A stretch of DNA of 64,000 nucleotides from Felis catus (taxonomy: Eukaryota): contig NC_058368.1 in the NCBI RefSeq assembly GCF_018350175.1, forward strand, positions 100,442,001-100,506,000, given 5' to 3'. The position numbers were made by a program, and so were the translations under genes. The notes beneath the pieces are model-generated. The model searched no databases and was not told the origin of the DNA. It saw only the letters and a program-made list of their open reading frames with translations. This document shows, piece after piece, positions 39,698 through 50,815 of the stretch (position 1 is the stretch's first letter; each line of letters opens with the position of its first letter).

Positions 39698-39902
39698 AAT
39701 AAACAACGTTAAAAAATTTTTAAGAAAAAGTTTATTTGCGAGAAGGGGTGGGGGACAGACGGCAGGGGGAGAGAATCCCAAGCAGGATCTGCGTTGTCAG
39801 CACAGAGCCCGATGCGACGCTGGTTCTCATGAACCCGTGACATCATGACCTGAGCCGAATTCAGGAGTCAGACACTCACCCGACGGAGCCACCCAGGCAC
39901 CC
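39481..39902. mobile_element. Sense Can-SINE (about 39507-39725) nested in the tail of an antisense Can-SINE
   Basis: Poly-T tail, then a sense SINE, then the reverse SINE body; duplicated tttatttgcg flanks. Confidence 0.85.
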
Positions 39903-40809
39903 TGATTTTTTTTTTTTTTTAATTACTGGTGTCAACCATGGCCCATCAAGTCTCTCTTCTTTACTAATGATGACCTTGGCCGGGTTCCATAACTTTCTGC
40001 TTGCTTGCGACGTAACATTGCTCCAAACCAGTTTAAAATCTCAATCTTCTATACTCTGGTTTCTCTTCAGATCGCATAAATCTTTCGCCTTTTAAAATCT
40101 CAGTCTTCTGATTCAAAGTATTCTGCTCTCCAACCCAGATTAGACTCAGGGTTCAAGGGACTTGGCCAGGAGACAGAGGCATGATTGGCTTTGTACACCC
40201 GTCTCCTATCCCTTCCCCCTATTCCTATTCTCCTCTCTCTTCTGGGCTCAGTGTTGGAGACAAGGAAGAGATAGGAGGGAAAAGTCAACTGATGCTTTGC
40301 TTAACGTCAGAGGTCATGGCACTCTCCCTGAAAGCTGTCGTTGCTTCTTTGGCTCACTGTGGTTGGCCACTAATGTCCTCTGTGGCAGCCTTCAGATGCT
40401 GACCCTCTGCTGGGCTTGGTGGGTGAGGCCTCTCTGGAGCCTCCCCACTGATACCTGACGGGAGACATCTGGCCCTAGCATCACATCCTTGTCCCCCATA
40501 CACTTCCCTCTGCCTATGTAACACCTCCCTGCTCTTGCTGCTGGAGAACCCTCTTCTTCTCTAAGTGGCATGATAGCCAGCTCAGCCCCCTTCTGTAACG
40601 TCTGCTCAATTGATGGGTCATGCTCTTGCCCAACACGTGGTGGGAGTGTGGGTTGCTTCACAGCCCCTCCAGATCATTTTGCTCGAGTTCTTTTTCTTTC
40701 TGCTGCGGTCGGCTCAGCCACAGATCACGCATGCTTCCCAAGCAAATAGGAACAGGTAAACAAAATTCCACTCTGTCCTCTTTACACGCATCCCCAACTC
40801 CTTAAAAAA

Positions 40810-40990
40810 AAAATTGTATTTATTTTTGAGAGCGAGAGAGACAGAGCATGAGCGGGGCAGGGGCAGAGAGAGAGGGAGACACAGAATCCGAAACAGGCTC
40901 CAGGCCCTGAGCTGTCAGCACAGAGCCCAATGCGGGGCTTGAACTCACAGACCAGACCACGAGATCATAACCGAGCCACCCAGGCACCCC
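40810..40990 (-). mobile_element. Can-SINE
   Basis: Reverse structure; TSD-like cgcatccccaact. Confidence 0.88.
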
Positions 40991-41148
40991 TCGCATCCCC
41001 AACTTTATGGGCCCACACACTGAAAGGGACAGAGCAGCTCACCACTGCCTGTCCCTGCTCAGGAGGCAGCCTCCTGGGGACAGCATCAGGCCCGCCCCTT
41101 ACAGCTCCTTGGAGGCTCGGTGGGATCCGAAGCAGTGACATTGGCTCT

Positions 41149-41178
41149 CAATGTCATTGAGAGCTCTCAATGACATTG
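41149..41178. repeat. Perfect 30-bp palindrome CAATGTCATTGAGAG|CTCTCAATGACATTG
   Basis: Read directly; the two halves are exact reverse complements. Confidence 0.95.
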
Positions 41179-41420
41179 GCTCTGCTGCACTTTTGTAGGC
41201 TGTGGGGAAAGTGATAGCAGCTCCTGCAACCTCGCCAGAACCTCTCTTTTGCATGTCATGGTCCCCCCTCGCCCGCTACCCCAGCCCGCTCTGGACTCCC
41301 GTAACTGGTTTGGGACTAACAGGAAAAGTTCCATTCGCCTTTCTGTTACAGTCCTATGAAAAAACAAAAATGCTGCAGGGGAGGTCTTGGAATGACACGT
41401 GCCTTTGCATTTTCTGACAG

Positions 41421-41590
41421 ACATTGGTTGAATACGGAGCAAATGTCACCATGCACAACCACGCCGGGGAGAAGCCCTCCCAGAGCGCTGAGCGCCACGG
41501 GCACACCCTGTGCTCCCGGTACCTGGTGGTGGTGGAGACCTGCATGTCGCTGGCCTCTCAGGTGGTGAAGCTGACCAAGCAGCTGAAGGA
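41421..41590 (+). CDS. SNCAIP: Synphilin-1 exon 8 (170 nt): TLVEYGANVTMHNHAGEKPSQSAERHGHTLCSRYLVVVETCMSLASQVVKLTKQLK(E), ankyrin end and start of coiled coil
   Basis: Acceptor tttctgacAG, donor GA|GTAAGT, phase 0 to 2. Confidence 0.97.
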
Positions 41591-42789
41591 GTAAGTGACC
41601 CATTCTTGCCGTGACCACCGAGACTGGCTTGTCCCCACTTCGCTTAGGTTTGAGCCAGGTGCTTTGGTTGTAGCAGTCTCATGCTGGTTGAACAGGGAAT
41701 TCCTAGCCTTCCTCTCTCGGCTTTTCTTCTTCTGTCCCAGGTCTTCCCGGCCAGCACCTGTGCCGCAGGTACCAGAGGCAAATTGGCGTTTAAACAACCA
41801 GTGCAGAGCAAACTTCCTAAGCAGGGAACGTAAGGTGTGTGGGATGACAGACGGGCTCTCTCTGCGTGCGTATCTCCAGGGCCAACTTCTTAGCGGTCAT
41901 AGAAGGAACACACAGGCAGCGTCCCCAGACTCCTGTCCTTTACGTGCTAGGAAATCATTAAGTGCCTGGGAGAGAAAAACAAAAAACAAAAAAAGCAAAA
42001 AACTAGAGATAGACCCATTTACCAGCTTTGCAAAAGAGAAATGTGTATTTGAGGAATTACAGACAGATGATCTGGCAACCATCACCAGTTAATTTATTAG
42101 AAAAATTAAGCAGACGATTCGTGACTCTTCAGAACGCAGGAGAGTGTTCGGTCAGCGTGATGTTACTTAAAAGCTTCTTGGTCTAGACGGAGTGAGTTCT
42201 GTTCTCGCCAAGATTATTGAACAGCTACCCACTGCTTACCTAGACGTCAGGAACCATTTGTGGGAGGTTGTCAGGATAAGCGTGAAGAGAGGGGGACAGT
42301 GGAGAAGCTGTCAGGTAGGTCTCTAGCAGGATGAAGATCAAGGTGCCGACAGCACTTTAGAGGATTAAAGTCAGACTTTGGGAAACACCAGCCTAATGAC
42401 AGTTACCGTATTGGGGAGGGAATCACTAAAAATCGGAATCAGCATTCAGAGTCATGTTGACAGATTAGGAGGATGAACCCTAAAAATTAAATGTTAGAAG
42501 CAAAATACGAAGTGTTTTAAATTATTTTTAAAAACCTTCTTTTTCCCAGTTGAAAAGAGATGTATGGTGGATGGCAGGCCTTACCTGATTACAGGTGTAA
42601 CCAGGCCACAGTCTGGTACATCCCTGGACCCTCCAGCTCTTCTCTAAGCTTGGGAAAACCTTGGTCTCCCTACTTCCCCCGCTCTTGTCTCAGAGGCCAG
42701 GTCTCTCTATACCCTCCTACCCTCCCTACTAGAATGCCCTCTTTAATGAAAACCCAGTTAGGTTTTCACTGGAAACAGGACTTAAAAAT

Positions 42790-42910
42790 TGAGGATGTTT
42801 GTTCAGATGAGCGCTGGGTATTGTATTATATGTAAGTGATGAATCCCTGGGTTCTATTCCTGAAGGCATTGTTACACAGTATATTAATGAAGTTGAATTG
42901 AAATAAGTAA
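42790..42910 (+). mobile_element. Carnivore L1 3' end fragment whose A-tail hosts two antisense Can-SINEs
   Basis: 'gatgagcgctgggtattg...gatgaatccctgggttctattcctgaa' is homologous to the L1 piece at about 11790-11880. Confidence 0.7.
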
Positions 42911-43367
42911 ATTTTAAATTTTTTTTTTAACGTTTATTTATTTTTGAGACAGAGAGAGACAGAGGATGAATAGGGGAGGGTCAGAGAGAGGGAGACACAG
43001 AATCCGAAACAGGCTTCAGGCTCTGAGCTGTCAGCACAGAGCCCGACGCAGGGCTCGAACTCACGGACCGCGAGATCATGACCTGAGCCGAAGTTGGCCG
43101 CCCAACCAACTGAGCCACCCAGGCGCCCCAGAAATAAGTAAATTTTAAAGATTAAAAAAAAAATGTTTCTTTTATGTATTTTGAGAGAGGGAAAAAAAAA
43201 GAGCATGAGCAGGGGAGGGGCAGAGAGAGAGAGGGAGAGAGGGAATCCCAGGCAGGCTCCCTGCCATCAGCGCAGAGCCTGACTCGGGATTTTGTTACAA
43301 ACTGTGAGATGACCTGAGCTGAAATCAAGAGCCAGACGCTTAGCCTACTGAGCCACCCAGGTGCCCC
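42911..43367 (-). mobile_element. Two antisense Can-SINEs
   Basis: Reverse heads ending at 43129 and 43367; TSD-like gaaataagtaaattttaaa around the first. Confidence 0.9.
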
Positions 43368-44340
43368 TAAATAAATAAATTTTAAAAAGAAATAAAATAA
43401 AAATTGTAATGGGAAGAATAAAGCAAAATTAAACATTAAAGGAGTTCCCTCCAAGTATCCTCTGCCCAGTTACACAAATCTCCCCAGGGGGAGGGAGCAA
43501 AGTGAGCTTTAAGAACTTCTTGCAACTGAGGGGAAAATGCCCACAAACTCACAACTCAGTAAGTTACGTTTCCATAGCGAACATCCTTGTACACATGTCT
43601 TTAGGTACATGTGTAGGTATTTCTAAAGCTAAGCTCCTAGAAAGGCAATTGCTAGAACACAGGGCATAAGTATTTAAAATGTGGATAGATGCTGCCTAAT
43701 ATCCTTCCAGAAATACTGTAGCAATATCCCTGCCCCCCAGTAGTCTATGGGGGGGGGGCGCCATTCAGAGGAGCTTTCAAATAATCCAGGAGAATTTTTT
43801 TTTCTAAAGATTCATACTCGGAAAGACCAAAAAACATGGTCCTCAGTCTCTATAGCGTGGAGTTGTGAGCTTTTCATGAGCTATAATAGCTGTTTTATTG
43901 GTGAGCAGTTCAAGGTCAGGGTCTTGGCTGCCTTCCCTGTCGATGGGCCTAGGATAAAATACACATGTATGCTAATAGATAACAGCTCTTCTGCTGTTTC
44001 CAAAGCTGAATGCTGTAGCCAGCTATCGTTAGGCCAGTGACAAGATAAAATATGAGAAGTTATGTTGTAGACCCTGGTCTTTTACTTACCATGTTCCTCA
44101 GTGAGATGGGTGAAACTAGAAGTGAAAAGGGAAGTCCACTTAGTCTAGCCACAGCACCCTATACCCTTCAAGCTCCAGGGCACCAACAACACAGAAAGGT
44201 GAAAAAGGAGGATTGAAAAATAAGAGTTTTTCTAGTCCAAAATTTTGAGTGAGAGACAGTGCTGAATGCCTTTTCCTACTAGAATAACTTTACTCTTTAT
44301 CATTATAAAGATAATTACTATTTAAAAATGGCAACCTCCA

Positions 44341-44499
44341 GGGGTGCCTGGGTGGCTCAGTCAGTTAAGTGTCCGACTCTTGATTTTGGCTCAGGTCATG
44401 ATCTCATGGTCCATGAGTTCAAGGCCTACAGTGGGCCCTGTGCTGACGGCGTGGAACCTGCTTGGGATTCTGTCTCCCTCTCTCTCTTCCCCTCCCCTG

Positions 44500-44549
<50 letters not shown>

Positions 44550-44580
44550 ACAAGTAAATAAAAAATTTAAAAAAACATTT
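44341..44580 (+). mobile_element. Can-SINE
   Basis: TSD aaatggcaacct(c/t)ca. Confidence 0.92.
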
Positions 44581-44629
44581 AAATGGCAACCTTCAGCTCT
44601 GTTAGAAGTCCTCATGTACAAGCCTAGGT

Positions 44630-44753
44630 CTCCCTGGTTGAATTATGTCCTGTCCTAAAAATAAAAGATAAATTGAAGTCCTAACCTCTAGTACCTCAGA
44701 ATGTATGCCTGTTTGGAAATGGGGTCTTTATAGAAGGAATCAAGTTAAAATGA
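44630..44753 (+). mobile_element. 5' fragment of an MLT1 LTR
   Basis: 'ggttgaattatgtcc...ttgaagtcctaacctctagtacctcagaatgtatgcctgtttggaaatggggtcttt...aatcaagttaaaatga' is an MLT1B/C-like 5' end. Confidence 0.7.
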
Positions 44754-45181
44754 TCTCACAAACCCTGAGATCATGACCCGAGCTGAAGTCGGATGCTTAA
44801 CCAACTGAGCCACCCAGGCGCCCCTGCTGTCTCCTTCTTTAGACAATTAAATTTTCAGTAGGTGAGTCACAGAACGAGTGAGATAAACTGAGATCATAGA
44901 CTTTTCTTTTCTTAGGGATGAAATGTTAGGACTAAAACTGACCATGTCTGAAAAACAAAGTACTTGGGGAGATGGCAGGGTATCCTCGTGGTCTGATCTC
45001 ACAGAACTAGGTTTAGGTGGCCAGTGGTTGTTGAGTATGTGCAGTGACACTCAGCAAGGAGAACGCTAGGCTTCCTCAAGCCTGTATCTAAAGTCTGGCG
45101 GTCGTCATAAGGACACTTGTAATTCATTCATTTGGTTCCACACCCTGGCCCATGAGAGAGTCTACCATTTTTGATGCTACC

Positions 45182-45735
45182 TGTATTCATTTTCTACTCC
45201 TATAAGAAATCAGCACACACCTAGTGGCTTAAAACAACACATTCCTCTTGCAACTCTGTAGGTCTGAAACCTGGAATGGGTCTCCAGATTAAAATTGAGT
45301 TGTCTGCAGGCTATGTTGCTTTCTGGAGGCTCTAGAATGAGAGTCCGGTTGCAGAATCAGTTCCTTGTGGTCGTAGGACCAAGGTTCCCTTCTTTTGCTG
45401 GCTGTCAGCTGAGGGTCACCGCCAGCACCTAGAGGCCGCTGCATTTCTTGGCTCCTGGCCCCTTCCTTCCTCTTCAGAGCCAGCACTCACAGATGGAGTC
45501 CTCACACTGAGTGCGTCTGACCTCATCTTCCTCCTCCTCACTGTTAAAGACATGTGGTTGGATGGCATAACCAATAATAATAACCTAAGATAGCCTCCCT
45601 GGTTTCCTGTCAGCCAATAACAACCTTAATTCTATCTGCAACACTAATTCTCTTTTGCCACATAAAATAACGTATATTCTCACCTTCCAGGGATTAGAAT
45701 CTGATGGCCGTCCTTGGGGGGTGGCGGGTGGTCAT
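45182..45735 (-). mobile_element. MaLR MLT1 (MLT1D/E-like) solo LTR
   Basis: MLT1 motifs in reverse: 'tagtggcttaaaacaacac', 'ctttctggaggctctag', 'gctgcatttcttggctcctggcccc', 'ttccagggattag'. Confidence 0.8.
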
Positions 45736-46074
45736 AAAACGAATAAAGAGTTCAGTAAATACTGCTTATTCTTCTAAAGTCAGAATCAGTTGGATTCACT
45801 TTTTTCAAGTTCTCTAATTATGTTTTCTAAACAGATGTTCATTTCCGTCATCTGCGGCATTTAACTGATTTTTCTTAAATTTAAAGCACGTTCTGATACC
45901 ATTGAAAGTACCTTCCGCTTTTGTGTCCAGAATAAATTGAGCGTTGCCATACCAGGTTTCCCTTTATGTAAGAAAATGCTAAGTTATTTCATTGTTTTTA
46001 CCCCCTGTGGGAATAGTCTGCTTTTGTTGCTCTTATTCTGCTCTTTTCTGATCACTGCATTAATACAATTACTT

Positions 46075-46280
46075 TAAAGATTTAAACAGTGTGGAAAGAG
46101 TAAATAATACATATAAGTATGATATAAGCATATATGTTAAAAGTAAAGATTTAAACAGTGTGGAAAGAGTAAATAATACATATAAGTATGATATAAGCAT
46201 ATATGTTATAAGTAAAGATTTAAACAATGTGGAAAGAGTAAATAATCCATATATGATATAAGCATATATGTTATAAGTAA
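46075..46280. repeat. Tandem triplication of a 69-bp AT-rich unit
   Basis: Unit taaagatttaaacagtgtggaaagagtaaataatacatataagtatgatataagcatatatgtta(a/t)aag starts at 46075, 46144 and 46213; the third copy is 4 nt shorter. Confidence 0.95.
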
Positions 46281-46325
46281 TATATATTTTATATACAGAG
46301 AGGGATTTCTTAAAAATGTTTCTTT

Positions 46326-46470
46326 GGGCTCTGGGTTGATGGCTCAGAGCCTGGAGCCTGTTTCCGATTCTGTGTCTCCCTCTCTCTCTGCCCCTCGCCC
46401 GTTCATGCTCTGTCTCTCTCTGTCCCAAAAATAAATAAACGTTGAAAAAAAAAAAGACATAAAAATATAT
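46326..46470 (+). mobile_element. 5'-truncated young SINEC_Fc
   Basis: Starts mid-element (gggctctgggttgatggctcagagcc); TSD aaaaatgtttcttt. Confidence 0.88.
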
Positions 46471-46998
46471 TTAAAAAAATGTTTCTTTTATATTTCTCTC
46501 ATATAAAGAAATTTATATTTATATTTATATTCTTTTGTTTCTTAAAATATAAAAAAAATTATACTACCCCCACTATTTTTATAACTTCCTTTTTTACTTA
46601 ATATATGTATGTATATATATGTATATGTATTTCTATATCTATATGTATCTACTTTATACATATACTACGGAAACTTTTTCCATGTCATGGCTACTGGAAT
46701 AGATCGTCATTTTTAATAGCTGCCTCTATGGAAGCAACTAAATTATTCACTGAGTCTTATTGATGAGCATTTAGGCTACTTAGAGTTTCTTGCTAATGTG
46801 AATAATAAGCATCCTTTTGGGTAATTGACTGTGTCTTTCGAAGATTTCTGCACGGTAAGGACGAAGGACATGCGTATTTGTAAGGCTTTGGGATTTATTG
46901 CAATTTATTGCAAATTATCATGACAAAATTTATACCTACTCACTTATAGTAGTGGCCATGTATCAGAGAGCTTATGTGTCTCGCTTCACTTTTCCCAG

Positions 46999-47091
46999 AC
47001 AGACAATGGAACGTGTCACACTGCAGAACCAGCTCCAACAACTTCTAGAAGCCCAGAAATCAGAGGACAAGTCCCTCCTTTCCTCACCCAG
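46999..47091 (+). CDS. SNCAIP: Synphilin-1 exon 9 (93 nt): (E)QTMERVTLQNQLQQLLEAQKSEDKSLLSSP(S), coiled coil
   Basis: Acceptor ttttcccAG, donor AG|GTAATA, phase 2/2; same frame as ORF 46898..47095. Confidence 0.96.
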
Positions 47092-47632
47092 GTAATACCA
47101 GGAACATTAATGGTTAGAGTTCTTAGGTGTCTTTAGTCTCTGAGCCTTCTTTTGGACTTTAAGAAGACAAAAACAGCACATATTTTATGTTTATAGAGAG
47201 GAATAAATATGAGACGTTACAGGGGGAAAACGCCCTGGACCTGATGTCAGAAGACCCGGCTTCATCTCTGGTTCTGCCATTTCTTCATTCTCTGACTACA
47301 GAAAAGTCACAGTCAGATTCCTTCATTTCTTCACCTGTGAAATGGGAATAAGGATAAGTAGGTGTATAAGGTTGGTGAAGATGAGAATAATGAATGCAGT
47401 TGGCACAACATTGATGTGTAAACAGTAAAACAGTAGATCTCTCATCATAGCATTAGGTAGGAGGCCCACTACACTGTGGTCATGGTTACCTCTCTGGAGT
47501 TATTTGGAGATTGATGAGCACAGACATTAAGTGATTTTTCTTATTCCAGTCCTGTCGATCTGTAAGTCGTTAGTGGCAGTGGAGGCAATCAGTGATAGGA
47601 GATCACCTCATATGTTCTTCATCATCTTTCAG

Positions 47633-48701
47633 TTCGCCATCCTCCCCCGCTTCCAGAAGGTCCCAGTGGAAATCTCCAGATGCGGATGATGAGTCTGTAG
47701 CCAAGAGCAAACCCGGGGTCCAAGAGGGGATTCAGGTGCTCGGAAGCCTGTCGGCATCCAGCCGGGCCAGGGCCAAAGCAAAAGATGAAGATTCTGACAA
47801 AATCCTCCGCCAGTTACTGGGGAAGGATATCTCAGAGAGTGTCTGCACCCAGGAAAAGCTGTCCTTGGAATTCCAGGATGCTCAGGCTTCTTCTAGAAAC
47901 TCGAAGAAGATCCCTGCAGACAAGAGGGAGCTGAAGTTGGCTCGGCTGAGGCAGCTGATGCAGCGGTCCCTGAGTGAGTCCGACACCGATTCCAACACCT
48001 CTGAGGACCCCAAGAGCACACCCGTGAGGAAGGCCGACAGGCCCAGACCGCAGCCCATCGTGGGAAGTGTGGAGAGTGTGGACAGCGCAGAAAGCCTGCA
48101 CCTGATGATCAAGAAACACACGTTGGCATCAGGACGCAGGTTTCCTTTTGGTATCAAAGCCTCCAAATCCCTAGACGGCCATAGCCCATCTCCCACCTCC
48201 GAGAGCAGCGAACCTGACTTGGAATCCCAGTGTCCCGCCTCAGGGACCACTCCCCCAAGCCAGCCCTCCGGAGACCCTACTCAGCCCAGCCCTGACAGCA
48301 CCGCCACCCAGAAAGTGGCCATGAGCCCCAAGAGTGCCCTCAAGTCTCCGTCTTCCAAGCGCCGGACATCTCAGAACTTAAAACTCCGAGTTACCTTTGA
48401 GGAGCCCGTGGTCCAGATGGAGCAAGCTAGCCTCGAGCCCACTGGGGAGAAGGACAGAGATAAGGGCAGGACCCCCCAGAGGACCTCTACAGGTAGCGAA
48501 TCGGGGGATCAACTGAAAAGGCCTTTTGGAACCTTCCGGTCTATCATGGAGACGCTCAGTGGCAACCAGAACAATAATAACAATTACCAGGCAGCCAACC
48601 AGCTGAAGACCTCCACACTGCCGTTAACCTCACTTGGAAGGAAGACAACAGATGCCAAGAGAAGTCCAGTGAGCTCTGCTAGCAAAGGAAAGAATAAGGC
48701 G
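47633..48701 (+). CDS. SNCAIP: Synphilin-1 exon 10 (1069 nt): (S)SPSSPASRRSQWKSPDADD...SSASKGKNKA
   Basis: Lies within ORF 47592..48761. Acceptor atctttcAG at 47631-47632, donor GCG|GTGAGT, phase 2 to 0; recognisable synphilin-1 C-terminal region. Confidence 0.97.
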
Positions 48702-49904
48702 GTGAGTACCTTTTGGAGAATGTCCCATTTCTTGCCTGTGAATTCACTGTGCTGTTCCTAACACTACAGATTGCTGACCTTTGCCACCTTGAGGGAATCC
48801 CCAGAAAATTCCAAAGGGATGCATGGGCAGCTAAGTCCATGTGTTCTTTAAGGAGATATGTCATATTAAAGTATATACGCTTTGCTCTTCCTTGGAAAAT
48901 ATGCTGAAAGAGAAAGATGAAAGAAATCACAGGAGGTTATATTCTGGTCTCCCAGTTTCCCAAAATAGTTTCATCCTTGAGTGTTAGGAGTCCTAAACTG
49001 GAAGGCATTTCTGCAAGATGAGACCACCAATCGATGTGAAATCAGGCCCTTCCTTGGCACAGATTCTGCCTCAGGAAGAGTTTGTTCTCCTCATCTGACC
49101 GGATAGTTTATCCTCAAGCCCGATTAAAGAGCGCATAAATAGAAACTCTATTTCCAAAGACTTAACTACTCCACTTTGGAATGACCTTTGAAATGAATAC
49201 ACCACAGGGACCTCCACGTTGGCGTTTTTTGATACTCGCCCCTGAGTGTTGATCAGGATGCCATAGCAGTCTGAAGCACTTGGCAGCACATAAGGGATGG
49301 CAGAGTGTGGCGGGAACTATATCTTATAATTGCATTTACTAGAAAACCGGGGACTATAATCTGTGGTTTCAAACTGGTGAATGGGAGATATGAATGTCTT
49401 TGTAGGCTGTAGGCAATGTGTCCTGTATGCTCTGCACATGCCATGCCATCCAAAAAATGGTACAGTAGCCAAAATGCGAAATGCTGAGGGGTAGAAGGAC
49501 CTAGAATATCCATCCTGCGATCTAGAGAGTCACAGCCTGCATAATTGATAATTTGCCATATAGTAAAATTCCATTACAGTTCGGTTGAAGAACTGTCCAG
49601 ATTCCTTTTGCAATACCAAAATCGAGTTTCAGTTAGTATCTAATGAATTGAACACCGATTTTAGCTATACGTTGATTTCCAACGTCAGTTGCCTTTGTTG
49701 CAAAGGACTTCCTCACATGTATATTTCCGCGAGAAAAGTCACACCCCTGCCCCGAAGCCCAGCCCCTTTGGGTGTCGTATGCCCAAACTCACCTTGCTCA
49801 AATAAGACTTTCCCGAGTAACTTAATGGGTTCTGTCACTCAGGAGTAAGAGAAGGATCCCACCAGCTCCCCGTGCCCCTCGAAGTACGTATGAAGCTTGC
49901 GTCC

Positions 49905-50815
49905 ACTAATCTGCCTCCTGCATGCTTCCTGTTTATCGAGACGCGTGCATGTGCTGAGCTCCTTGCATGTTTTCAGATGATGTCTGATTGCACCTCTCTA
50001 GGAGATGTACGGCAGCTGCGTCACCCTTTCCTCTAACACGCTGACCGAAGAGCCTCTGCGTAACCGTGCACGGTACGTGGTGCTAGCGGGTGCCTTGCGC
50101 AGCAGGGCCACGCCTTTGCTTTCAGTTGCATGACCTTGTAAATTACGGTACCAGAGCACCCTTAGCAGGAGCCGAAAGGAAGAAGAAAATGCCACCTTTC
50201 CCCCCGCAAGTAGAAGCAGCCAGTCTTATAAGATGGGCCTTAGGAAGGGAAACAGTGCCCTATTGGAGGGGCTTTGATCCAGCCGCAGAGAGCGGAGGAA
50301 TCTACTCAGCTTACAGACGCCCTGTGTCTCCCAGTTGACTTTGGCTTTCAGGCTTTGTTTTAATGGAGTCAAGTACCAAGTAAGTCTAGAAATTAAACTT
50401 CCTGTCACGGGTGGAATGAGCCCATCTCTGATCAGAATCAGCACTGCGAAGCAGTGGTGAGGTTTGGTTTCATCGCTGATCCTCAGGCTGAAAGCGTCAT
50501 CACCGCGCTTGGGAGAAACAGGGCCCTGCCATTCTGAGATTGCGCTAGCTTAACACTCGGAACCGCCGCACCCATCAGTGAGCCAGTCTGTGAGCCCACC
50601 AGTGACACAGGGGTCTTTCTCAAACAAAATGTTTACGGTCCAAAGTGCATGGGCTGTGCACCTGAAAGGATCATGTCCGAAGGTCCCCGGCGGCTCAGGC
50701 ACTTCCCTGGGCCAAGTCCTTCTGCATCAGGACTTTATTTCCTCCCGAGGGAATGCGCACCACTTCCTGACAAAGCAGGAAATGGAAAAGGAGAGTGGTC
50801 CAGGGTGAGTGCATG
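49905..50815 (+). promoter_or_regulatory. Cluster of six TGCATG (RBFOX) motifs and one ACTAAT (QKI/branch-point-like) motif around the cassette exon
   Basis: TGCATG at 49919, 49946, 49964, 50127, 50646 and 50810; ACTAAT at 49905. Confidence 0.6.
50002..50072 (+). CDS. SNCAIP: Alternative 71-nt cassette exon (synphilin-1A 'exon 9A'): EMYGSCVTLSSNTLTEEPLRNRA(R)
   Basis: Acceptor cacctctctAG, donor CG|GTACGT, phase 0 to 2. Resembles the human 1A tail as I recall it (EMYSSCINLSSNMLIEEHLCNDTR) and joins in frame to the alternative frame of the last exon. Confidence 0.88.

Noticed and set aside
46075..46280. 69-bp repeats as a CRISPR-like array
   Set aside because: Head-to-tail copies with no unique spacers, in mammalian intronic DNA.
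47832..48250. Antisense ORFs overlapping exon 10, and similar ones over exons 4 and 8
   Set aside because: Expected shadows of GC-rich coding sequence; no independent support.
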